Positions 44,801 to 57,400 of a DNA stretch of 64,000 nt are shown here, piece after piece. Positions within the stretch are counted from its first letter, which is position 1. Each line of letters begins with the position of its first letter. The DNA lies in the NCBI GenBank assembly GCA_964270895.1, contig OZ185442.1, one strand, 5' to 3'. This DNA is from Podarcis filfolensis (taxonomy: Eukaryota). The position numbers and the translations under genes were made by a program. The notes under the pieces are model-generated. The model had not been told where the DNA came from. It was given only the letters and a program-made list of their open reading frames with translations, and made no database searches.

Positions 44801-47800
44801 CCAGTGTTTCCCAGCTGGGGCCATATGGCCTCCTGGGCCCCTCTAGGATATTCCAAGGGGGGCACAGGTGAAAATTGCGTAAATGGGGGGACCACAGCAC
44901 GAGGTTACAGGGCCACAGAGGGAAGTGAGAAGTGAAGGAATATATATATCTACTTGGACAACCACAAGAGGGTAAGAGGGCAGCTCACCAGGGCTTAGCA
45001 CTCTTTTTTGCCATATGCATTTTCTTGGAGCAGTCCTGGTTTGTTTCCCGCAGGAGAGGGTGATCGCTGAGGCTCCTGTTTTGACTGGTAGAGCCCGCGA
45101 TCCAGAACCCCCAGGTCAGTGCTGGGTTGGGGTGGCACTGAGTAGGGCTGGGAGATCTGGAGCTGCTTGTTGTTGTCACCACTGCTAGGCCCAGTGGCAG
45201 TCTGGGCCCGACTCTGCAAGGTGCAGGGTGCAATCCACTCCAGCACCTAGTGGATCAGGGCTTTCAGATGTTGCCAAGGGGCACAGGGCCTGTTGGCAGC
45301 ATAGGCCCAGCTCTGCAAGGTGTGGGGTGGAAATCCACTCCAGTGCCTAGCCAAGCAGGGTCGTCTGGTGCTGCTGACCTGCATCTAGTAAATAGCTAAG
45401 TATTTACTCAGAAGAAGGCTGCACTGAGTTCAGTGGGCCTTACTTCCAGGTAAGGGTTTGTGGGGCTATAGTGTTTTATCTAGGCAGCTAGGGCTCCCTG
45501 AGATGACAATATCTTTTTATTTTTATTTTAATTCTCCCATATATACAGAACTCCCTATGTGTCTTTTGGACTGTATTTGTAGGTTTTCCCCTCTGTGTCA
45601 AATAATTGGGGTCAAACAAATGTTGTTTACTTTTTTATAATACATGGAAGATGGATCTCCCTCTGAAGGTTCTGAACTCTCCTTCCTTGGAGTTTTCTAA
45701 GTGAAGGTTGAATGCTGGTCTCGCAGGGCCCACATTTCCCGTTGCTGCCTCACACTGGTCTGGCCTCATATATTGCCCATCTTTAGCACCACACTGGAAT
45801 GCTGTGTGGGTCTGATCACACCCTTTTGATAAAGGACAGCATAGAGTTGGAAAAGGTCTAGAAAAGATCAACCAATTTGTTCAGGCAGATAACGTATATT
45901 CTCAAGAGGAAAGCCTTAAGCATTTGGAGGCATTTAGTGTCAAAGAAGATAACTGTGATAGGCCTGATGGAGGTTTATAAAACTATGCATGTTATGGAGA
46001 AAATGCACGCTCTCCCCCACTTCCAATGTATTACTCGCTCAGTTGGTGAGATCAAGTTCAGTGCTTAAAGAAACATTTTATTTTCAAATTGCAACCTTGT
46101 CTTTTTCTCCATGCAGGGTCTTGAGTATTTACAGTTGTTACAACATCTGAATTTGTACTATAATCATGTTTCATCCTTGCTGGAAGTTGCCCGCCTTCAA
46201 GCGTTGCCTCTCCTTAGAGAGCTGGACCTGCGTCTCAACCCTGTAACCAGGAAGGAATCTGATTATAGACTGTTCACTGTGTACAGATTACAAGCTCTGG
46301 AGATGCTAGGTGAGAGATGAAGCAAGGAGGGACAGTAGAGGTCATTTCTATGATGCTGGCATAAGGGCAAAGCTTGTCACTGTTCCAATTGTTTACTCAA
46401 ACATTGCAGTCATGGCTTCAGCCAGTAACTACAAGTAGCTCTGCCCCCCAGTCTCATGGGGAGCTACGTCGATGGTCAGGATACCAATCCCAAATTCTCT
46501 TTCCTGACCAACAGATGAGGCAGGTGAGAGTGCATTGCCCCCATAAATTTAAAGTAGATGGGGAACTCTCTCACACACCCCGCCCGCACCACTGCTTGTG
46601 GATCCTATCTGCCTCTAAAACATTGCCTAGACACCCACCCCTCCATGGTCTGACACCGTAGTTTGAGAACCTCTGCTTAATACTATTTTAGCAGTCCTAG
46701 AACTGAGCCTTCCCCCTTTTCTTCATGACCCTGTGCACTGTTTCTAGGGAGTGCGCCCATGAAAGGGTGTGTGTTTGTGGCTGTACTGTGTACTAAGGGC
46801 TTTGCCTTCTGTTGCTATGGAGAAGCACATTATGCTGTCACAAATCTTTGCCTCACTGAATCTTCCATTTTACTTGTGCTCACTTTGGATAGTTAGATTA
46901 GTCAGTAGTCTGATGTTTTTGACTGAAAACCGCAGGTCCCTAGAGTTTAAGATTAGACTGAGCTCCTGCTATAGACCTTTTGTTTTCCTCCAGATGCTAC
47001 CTGTCATGCATGGTGTATCTTCTTGAAGAACAACCAATCTTGATACAAAGACTGGAAGGTGTGGTGGAGTAAGTTTGGAGAGAGAGAACAGGGAAATGGT
47101 GACATATAGCCAACTGTTGCTTCTATATAATGAACTTAGAAAGCAAATTGGGAGCATCAACCATATTCTATACCTTGAACCGTAGCAAAATTCCAGTAAA
47201 TGTTTGAGTTTTGATTCAGTGAATACCATGCCTTATTTCTAGTTTGCATCCATCTACCTTAAAATTGTCCTGCATCCTTCTTTGCAGTATTCTCAAGCAT
47301 AGAATAGGGCTGGACAGAGCGGTACCTAGGAGTTGGTGAAACCGGCCTCCACCGGGGACGGTGTGTGTGTGGAAGCTGTTTGGGTGTGTGGGAAAAATCA
47401 CCATTGGAGATTGACTGGGAGATGAAGTGGCACTAGCCTGCTTTTGGATCCTGCAGCACGGGGCAAGAGAGGGGAGAGAGGGCTTTAAAAATATGTCTAC
47501 CCCCACCCTGCAGTAACTGCCTTTCAGTCAAACCTAGTGAGTTGGCAAAGCTCAGCAGTCACAGATCAGGACAGGCTGCTGCAATGATGAGCCCTAACAG
47601 CAGCCACTTTCTTTTGCTAGGAAGGTGTCAGACCAACTCTGTGAAATATATATGCCTGAGCAGAGTTGCAAATTTAGGCAGCAATATGAGAGTAAATCCT
47701 ATTGAACTGAATGGGGCTTATTTCTGAGTAGGCCTGCAGAGAAATGTGCTGTTTGTCAGGTTTTTTTTGCATCAGAGATACAAGCCTTACCGTATTAAAC

Positions 47801-50800
47801 AACATGTTCAACAACATACTGAATATATAGATTTGGGCTCATGTTGGGGAGGGACACATTACTTTGTCAGTATTTTGGACCGACGCTCACTGGAACATTT
47901 GCTTTTAAAAAATAAACTGCACCCCAAAATAGTTCAGTTAGCAAAGGATCTGGCCTGTGCTCCAGTCTACAAGGCTTACCAGAATTTTGAGTACTTGGGT
48001 TGTGTAAAATATAGTAATTTCTAATGTGGCTATTGCAGTAAAGTATTTTTTTATTCCTGAGGAGGATGTAATACAGCTCCTTGCCGAGGATGCAAGGGGC
48101 CCTAGGGCATCTCTGTGGCCAGATGCCCTGAGTTGTGTGAGTGTTGTCAATGTATTTCATGAACAATACTAGAATGCTGCTTATGAAAAGAGGCACAGAA
48201 GTGAGCAGAGATTGCCCTCGCATGTGGCATTCTAAACAAATGTTAGGCAATATGGTGCCTAAAACTGTGGCTTAGTTCATGTGTAGTGTTTATCCATGGT
48301 TTACTAAACTGTGGTTTATTTGATCACCCAAACCCTGGCCAGCAGCGTAACCATGGCTTGTTAACCACAAACCAACCACATTCATAAGCCATGGTTTGTT
48401 GTTGGATTACAAACCTTAGTTTATGCTAACTATTGCTTAACATTGCATATACGGTAAGAAAGACCTCTGTGTCTGTTCAACTTGCACATTTCACATTTGG
48501 AAGTTAGCTGTTGAAGGGAAAACAACACTCAATTCATCAGAACTGACACAGAACACAGAACAAACATAGTTTTATAGTTACATTAAAATAAAAAAATAGC
48601 ATGTTCCAGCAATCTTTCTGCATTTTGGAAGTGTGTGTCTCATATATACAGAAACAGTCTTCATTCCATGCTTCTTCCTTCTTCCTTGGAATTGGTGGGT
48701 TTATGATGGGCCTGTTAGAGATTTCTGTATTTACTTGCAAGAACACAACTCCAAGGATTGGGTGAAATATGACTTTGTGGTGTTGTGAGCCGGTAGGGTG
48801 TAAAGCAGGGGTGCCCAAACTTTTTTAAAGAGGGCCACATTTGATGAAGTGAACATGCGTGAGCTTTTTTTAGGCTTGGAGGATTGAAGTTTTGAGCTTT
48901 TTAAAGGATTTAACCCCCAAAATTTTGAGCTTTTTTGGGGATTGAAGTTGCTGAGCTTTTCTTAGGATTTTAACCCAGGACATATACTGGCACAGGGGCC
49001 AGATTAAATTGACTGTCGGGCCGGATTAGGCCCCCAAAACAGACTTTGGACATACCAGGTGTAAAGCATAGGGAGACATGAGAGACCCAACTTGGGCATG
49101 GTTCATTGAATGGCCTTGGGCTAGTCACTCTGTTCTCTAAAACTCTTAGGAAATTACTGGACAGTGAGGATAAGCATTCCATAGTTTACAGGATAAACCT
49201 TATACTTGCTTACATCATGTGCTGAGTGAATTTGAACTGCTTGGTCCCATTTCTTTACTGCCTCATAAGTCCTTGGTGGGCTCTGCTGCCTAGTAATCAG
49301 ATACCAAAGTAAATACTAAAAAGGAGGGCAGGATATATCACCTGAATAATCACATTATCAGATGAATTTTGTGGTACTTCTGTAATTCTGTTGCCCTTTG
49401 TAAGCTGATGTGATGCTGTAAAGTGGGATATTAGTATTCTAAACAAATGACACCAAGCCTACAGGCAGAAAAATAGCTGCCTGTCTCCATAATTTCTAGT
49501 GCTGCTGCTGCTGCCCTTTATTTCTGACACTTTGGTCCAGGAGAATTGTTATGGTCCTGTGGGCCAGATCTTTATCTGTCCCCACCTCTGCAGGCTAATT
49601 CTAACAGGTTGGTAGAGCAGCCCATCTGTCAATCACATGGCACCATTATGATTTCACATGATTGCTACCGTTCTTTGAAGCCAGTCATTGATCCTGCATG
49701 TCTTCTTCTTCATAGATGAAAGAACTATTAGGAAGCGTGAGAGAAAAGCTGCCCACCTGCATTTTAACCTCAGGAGCAAAGAGGATCCATTGGAAAAAGA
49801 CGAGTCAAGGTATGGAAGTGGTCTGATGAAAAGTAACACTTTTGGATGGGAAAGGAGGTGCTTGATATTGAAGGTTACTTAATCCTAACATCGCCGTTGT
49901 TAAATTTACCTCAAGGGAAAATACAATGAGGAGTGAAGTGCTAGACCAAGAAAGCTTTGCAACATCCAGTATGAATACAGAGAGCAACAGGACACGTACT
50001 GGTAGGTTTTATGAGACAATCACACTGGGATTGGAAAACCTCAGTATGCTTAGCCTGAATATTTGATTGTGCTCATGTACATTATGTAGTGCTGCCCTTG
50101 TATCTGGTCTGGAAGCTGCCATTGTCCCTGACCTTTGACTCTGCCGACCCAGCATGCCCCTCTGCCAGAAGCCACAACAGAAGAGAGCTTTTGCCTCTTA
50201 TGTCCTGCTTCTTCATGGAGGCTGCTGTGGAAAACAGAATGCTGGACTGGATGGGCCACTGGCCTGATCCAGTTGGGCTCTGATGAGTGACTGACTCTCC
50301 ATGAGACATGCTTGGATATTGGCTGCTTTGAGCTTTACAAGGCATTCTTGCAATTGTGAGTGTGTCCACACTTTCCTTTTGCCCCGCTCTTTCTAGGCAC
50401 AGTTCTGTGCTCTAAAGCTCAGTGTCTGGGCATTCTTCTTTTAGCCCCCCAGCTTTCCCTGTGAAAACACATGCTTTAAAGCTGACATGCAACAAATGGC
50501 CATTCAGGTTTTCACGGATTGCCAAAAGTAGGTTTTCATAGGGAAAACTCTGGAGTAAAAAAATGGTGCTTGGACAAAGAGCTTTAAAGCGTGGATCATG
50601 CTTGATCTCTCCTTTCTATAGCTAGTCTGTAAGTCCATATCCAGTGGGACGCGGGTGGCGCTGTGGGTTAAACCACAGAGCCTAGGACTTGCCGATCAGG
50701 AGGTTGGCGGTTCGAATGCCCGCGGCGGGGTGAGCTCCCGTTGCTCGGTCCCTGCTCCTGCCAACCTAGCAGTTCGAAAGCACGTCAAAGTGCAAGTAGA

Positions 50801-51420
50801 TAAATAGGTACCGCTGTGGCGGGAAGGTAAACGGTGTTTCTGTGCGCTGCTCTGGTTCGCCAGAAGCAGCTTAGTCATGCTGGCCACATGACCCGGAAGC
50901 TGTACGCCGGCTCCCTCGGCCAGTAAAGCAAGATGAGCGCCGCAACCCCAGAGTCAGTCACGACTGGACCTAATGGTCAGGGGTCCCTTTACCTTTTTTT
51001 TAACTCCATATCTGACCTTTGTTTCACTCAGACTCTTGACTTGCCTTCCCTCCTTCTTTCCTAAGGAGGAAATGTGTGTGGCTGCAATTTGCTGGTGTTT
51101 GTTTCACCACAGATCCTAACCATCCCTTTTCCCTGAGGGGCAAAACTGTATATTGCTACAATGCCTTGAAGCAAAGATACCCTCAAGTGGGTAATCCCTT
51201 GATGTCATCTTCTCAAACAAATCCTTTCAAATGCATTTAGGGTCTTCAGATTTTCAGGTTATCAGAAAGCTTCTCTTACAGTGTTGCACAATTTATATTC
51301 TGTTTAAAGGTCAGGGAGAAGGGATTTAGATTTCTCACCCAAACTTACTCCCTTGTATTTTAAATCTTCTCATATCATGTAGGATATGGCCCGCCTTCAA
51401 CTATTTTAACAGCTAGTAAG

Positions 51421-51453
<33 letters not shown>

Positions 51454-54400
51454 CACGGTACAAAGGCCCCCATGTGTTTGCCCTACAATCTCCCTGGGTG
51501 ATGTTGTCACTCCCAGGAGGAACTATGGTAGGATTATAAACATATGTGGCAGAGGAGTAGTGTGCATTAGCCACTTCAGATAGCTAGAACCTGTAAAAAA
51601 AAGGTGGGGAGAGAAGACAGCCCCCAGACTATTTTGTGAGCATTTTAAAGAAGTCCTGCATTCATGTGGATTCTAGAAAATCCTCACAGAAATGGGATTA
51701 AACTAATTTCCTGGTCAACACATGTAACATGGAAACGAACAGGTATACCGTATTTTTCGCTCTATAGGACGCACTTTTTCCCCTTCAAAAATGAAGGGGA
51801 AATGTGTGTGCGTCCTATGGAGCGAAGACGCCATACCCTGCAACCCTCTCCCGGCTGGAGAGGTAACGCGCGGCTATGGAGGCTCCTGCCATAGCCGCGC
51901 GTCACCTCTCCAGCCGGGAGAGCGTACACAGGGCTAAAGCAGCCCCCCGCGACCCTCTCCCGGCTGGAGAGGTGACGCGTGGCTATGGCAGGAGCCTCCA
52001 TAGCCGCGCGTCACCTCTCTAGCCGGGAGAGCGCGTGCGGGGCTAAAAAAGCCATAGCCCCGCGACCCTCTCCCAGCTGGAGAAGTGACGCGTGACTATG
52101 GCAGCAGCCTCTCCGCTGCGCCTTTCCGCTGCTCCCTGACCTGCTCTTTGGGGCTGGTGGTGGGCTTCCCCCCGCCAGCCCCAAAGAGCAGGTCGAAAGG
52201 AACCTTCCAAGGTAGCCGCCTGAACGCACCTTAAACGGCACCTTGTTTTAGAGCGGGAAAACAAGAGGGGGAAAATTCTCTCACTCTCTGCGCAGCGCCT
52301 CCTGCCGCTTCGCTGAAGGGGCGCTGGGCAGAGAGCGGAAGAATTTTTTTTCCTTGTTCTCCCCCCTCTAAAACAAGGTGCGTCCTATTGTCCGGTGCGT
52401 CCTATGGTGCGAAAAATATGGTAATTAAGACTGTTCCATCCATCCCTAATTTGAACCAATGTTTTCTTTGTTTATTCCTTTGACTGTAATACTGTGGGGG
52501 GGGGTTAAATAACAAGAACTTATATTTGTGGGGTGATATTCTGATCTTTGATAGAACCCTTGGTTTTGGGAAATTGGGTTGGCAGATTTTTGAACCCAGC
52601 AGAGTTGTGACACTATTCTCCACTTAGATTTATCTCTCTACCCAGATTATACTTGATTTTTTTCTCTCTAACTCAGGAAGGTGTTGCAGTTATTTATTTT
52701 GGGAGTATTTTATGGTACATCTGAGCTCAGTGGTATATCTGGGAGCTATAAATGGGTTTAGTGCCCCACTGGGCTGCCAAGGCAAGGAAATGGATAAATG
52801 CCCCCTGAGGAGCTTCCTGTAAGAGCAAAACAAAAGGATGGACCTCAGCAGTCTGGAACACGTGGGTGTGTTTCATTCTGATTCTTCTGCAAACGAACAG
52901 TGGGTGCTCATCATTATTTCTCCTTATGAAACGAAATCAGGTACAAAGTATTCATCTCCTCGCCATATGTCATGCCATGATGAGAGAGACTCATTTCTAA
53001 AGACATCGCCTGTTTCTGTGTTGCCAACCAGCAAATTAACTAAAGGAAACAAGGACCAGATCCTGGTAAGTGGGCTTGATGAAGTCAAACAGAGGCAGGT
53101 GGCTTCTGCTGCTGTTTTGGGCAGCGCTTTGCTATGTTAAACTTCTGTGTCCTCTAACTGTACAGTTGCATCAGTGTCAGCAGTAGAAAGTTTTCAGGTG
53201 TTGTATGCATTGAGAGGGAAGCCTTTCCTTTTCAAAATTGTGGCAATCCCCCTGTTTATGTCCTTTCTTATATATAAAGCATGATAATGCCAAACCTACT
53301 CTTTTTGTCCATCCCATTTGTATCGGTTCATTAAATGACTAGAACATGTGTTCACATTTTGGGTTGTGCAACTAAGTGAAGTCAGTAAACTCCAGGCTAG
53401 TTCATAGACTAGAAGGAGAGAAACAGTAGGCCTATATGAGAGCTCATTGTCCTATACCTCATATCTCATGGTGCTTCCGGGGACAGTGGCATGATGGTAG
53501 TTTTATGAGTGTTTGCTACCACTTGCCTGTTGAAATGCCTAATTCTGCCCCAAGATCCATTTATAGCCTCTTAGTTGAAACATTCAGAAACATTTTGTGT
53601 GGGGAAAGAAAAGGGCCAAAATGAAAACCAGATGTGCTTCCACCCCCAGGCCTGGAGAAAGCAACTGAAATGCAAAATACTTAAAACAATGGTAAAGCAA
53701 TGCCAAAAGCTGAGGTGAAAGACTGATTTTTCTGAAACAAATGAGTAACTCTTGCTATTGGACAGAATATTAACTTTGTAATGTCTTCCAGCTAGACAAT
53801 GCAAATGCAAGACAGTTTCTGAGTCACAACTCTTTGGACAGAGGTGAGTGTTTTCCTTTTCCAACCTGATAAAAATCTGTGTGCATTCTCAGACTTTCGG
53901 GGTCAGATGACTCTCCTGATTCTGATATTTCTCTAAGGCCAGTTCTCACAAAAAAGCAGACAGAAAGTAGTAAAATCTATCCAGATTCTGCTGCTTGAGC
54001 CTGAAGATTTAATCAGTACATTAAAAAAAACACCTTGCATGTCAAGGTGAAGAAGGCTTCTGCCTCTGAGGTCCCCCCCCCCAAATGGGGACCCATACTC
54101 CATCATGTAAGTGTCCACTTGCCGTCTGAAGTGGAACAGTCCAAATATGGGCTTACCACCTACCTGCTCTTTCTGAATACTAGGCCTAAATCTAGATGAA
54201 AACTTGACTAGTTGAAGATTTGGGTGTTTCTTACAAGGTTTTATTTCAACTTATTGAGATGTTTTTTAGTTTGGTACAAAAATATAATTTACAGGATATG
54301 TTTTGAGTGATTGATGGGTTTTCTTTTTGCAACCATCAGTATAAATGGCAGGTGTATTGCTAATATTCTCCTCAACCACTAGAACTCCAGTTTTTTTGCT

Positions 54401-57400
54401 TGCTCAGCCTTTGCCTCAGAGCATGAAATAAACATCTGTCAACCCACATAATTTAATTTATAAATGGAACGTTATCTTAAGTGTGACTAAATTCACATCT
54501 CTTTCTTCCCAGCAAGGTTTATTAACCATGATTATCTTGTGATAAATGGAAACAACTCCTGATATGAATTTATGTAAACCACTTAGCGGGTTTTTTATTG
54601 AGCCATCTATGCTTCTTGTTGAATAAAAATATATTTAATGAATGAACAAGTGAATTGTAATGTCCTCCCTCTGCTTGTTGCTTGCAGAACAGAAACTCCG
54701 GTCTCCCACTGCCCTGCAGGCACAGACTTCCCTGCCCTCCCAGATGAAAAGCAGAGCTGTGTCTGGTAAGGGGAAGTTTCACGTGTCCTTTTCTGAAGGC
54801 TCATCTCTAGACTTCCTCTGTCCAGGAAAAAGAGAAACGGGAAATAGGAAAGTGGACATTCTTGACCTTGGCCGGGCTGCTTCTCCAACTAGGAGGCTGA
54901 GTCTGAGTGATGATGCAGGGAAGACCAACCTCAGGCCAGAGAGTTATGAGCACCTGTACCTCCCATCCTCTGCTAATCGCAGGGAGCTGGTGAAGAGGCT
55001 TCATGATGAGAGGAATGAGAAGACGGCAGCCGATGATGTTTATAATTACACCTCACAGTTTGCTAACGAAGTCCTGGCTCCTGCCCGGTCCTCATGTGGA
55101 GATTTCCTGGGACAGCACTCAGAAGCGGATGCAGACCATGCAAGTCCCTTAAAGCTCAACTCAGGTAAAGGCTGGCTTTATTGTCTTAGTTTTCAAGTCG
55201 TAACTTCTTCAGTCTTTCCTAACCTTTCTGAATGAGAGGAAATCTTGGTTTGGTTCTCTCCTGGTGACTCAAAATGTCAACTTTCTGCCACTATTAATAA
55301 TATTTCTTAGCCTTCTCCTTTTGCAAAATACAGGTGGTCAACAGTATAATGAGCAGCCAGCTTCTGTTCACAAATTTCAGCTTCAAAAAAAGAGGCATGA
55401 AGGCAAAAACACTGAGAAATGGGCTTTCTCCTAAATTTCAGAATTCAGTGTACAGTGGTACCTCGGGTTAAGTACTTAATTCGTTCTGGAGGTCCGTTCT
55501 TAACCTGAAACTGTTCTTAACCTGAAGCACCACTTTAGCTAATGGGACCTCCTGCTGCTGCCGCGCCGCCGGAGCATGATTTCTGTTCTCATCCTGAAGC
55601 AAAGTTCTTAACCCCAGGTACTATTTCTGGGTTAGCGGAGTCTGTAACCTGAAGCATACGTAACCCAAGGTACCACTGTATTGTCAATAGTCAATAGCCG
55701 TAGAAGAGAAGATCATTACTCTATCTCTTCCACTTGGCTTAAAAGAGGCAGGCCTAAAGTGAGACTAGGAATGGGGGAGCAATCTGATTCCATTCTCAAA
55801 CTTTATAAAGTACATTTTCTTGAAAACTAATAATTACAGCAAAGATTCTTGTTCCTCTATCTATTGAGTGCGTAACTGACTGTAGTTATGAGATTGATAC
55901 TCAAATCTGGGAGTTGGGAGAAATACCCACAAAAGGGCGGAAAAACAGGGCACAAATGAATAGAGAGAACAAAGTTGATCTCACAACTGTTTCTGCTATG
56001 TTCAGCCCGTTCCCACGCTCCATTGGTAAAAGTATCCTGAGCTGCTCCATTGGGAAATGAATTTACAGCTCTTGTCACCACACATGCTTGGATTGAGCCC
56101 GCTCTTCCTAAGAATTTTCACACATGGTTGATGGTGTACTCTTTCTACCTGTAGGAGCATTTGAAAGGACTACTTTGTTACACCAAAGTTGCATGATGAA
56201 CCGGCCTGTGCACAGCTTGTCTGAGGCCTGGAGTGGGAGTCTTGTTAGAATAAAATTATTATCATGACAGTGTTAAGTCCTAGCAGGGGGCCTCAGCCGG
56301 CTTAGCCCTCCAAGGCCCGGGGCAAGCATACTTGGTTGCCCCCTCCCCTGCACAGGTCTGATTGTGAACCATAGAAAGCATGGAGGATTTGGGCATGGCT
56401 ACCAGAATTTTTGGATTTTGGTTGGCCTAAATTCTACTTTGGTTTCATTTGTTTTCGAGAGTTGGCCACAAGTGTAGAATTGATGGCTGCTTGCTTTCAA
56501 TCTTGGTGGGAAATGGAAAAGGGGAGCTCACTGTGGGTGAGAAATAAAATTATGGGCATGCATGCCAGTGAGCTTGGTTCAACAGCCTAACTTGCTACCT
56601 TGTCCCCAGTGCTTTGGGTAAGCTAATCACCTTTTAAACAAATGCTGGATTAGTATTTATCTGTTTGTTTTGACACCTTTAAAAAAGTGTAAACTGTCTG
56701 AGGAATTGTGACACCAAGGGTAGTAGAAGAAGCAGTACTGTGTACAGTGACCTACAGACTTGCAGGATTTATTTTTTCAGACATCAACTCTGGAGAGATC
56801 ATGCATTTAGATCAAGAGTGGGGAAGACAGGGTGTCTTCACTGTTATTCTTTGCTCTGTTACAGTGCTTGGATGCTTAGCCACTATGAAAATAATTCAGG
56901 CCCTTTTTGGGCTGGTGGAGGATAGAACTGGACTAATAGCCCACCTTCAAGATGGCTGGGAATTAAAGATGCCTTGTGACAAGTGTTAGCCTTTCTTTCC
57001 CATCTGCTAACTAAATAGTTCCTTTCTTTCATTCTTCAATTCAGCTTCTACAAGCTTTGGAGATTTCCTGTCAAAGCATCGTTCTTTGTTAAGTGAGGTG
57101 TCTCTTGGGAATTCACAATCGGCTACAGCCTTAACATCCGCATCCACATCCAGGAAAGGGCGAGACCCACCAGCCTGCCGATCTCTCAGTCCTTCAAGAA
57201 TGGAGTTTAAGCATACCAGCAGCCAGCACACTCCAGTAACCCCCAAGCACTGTTTTAAAGAGCCAGTAACGGAGGTGAGTGCTTTGTTCTGGATCCTCTT
57301 TGTGGAGCAGGTAGAGCAGGGGAAGGATCATGGGGTGGTATGCTGCCTAATGAAGCATGTGTGGTATCTGTTCTTTAGCATGGCTGTGAGACATTTATGG

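Noticed and set aside
45205-45355. About 99-bp spaced direct repeat (ctctgcaaggtg..atccactccag..cctag)
   Set aside because: Only two diverged units; most likely internal to a decayed transposon.
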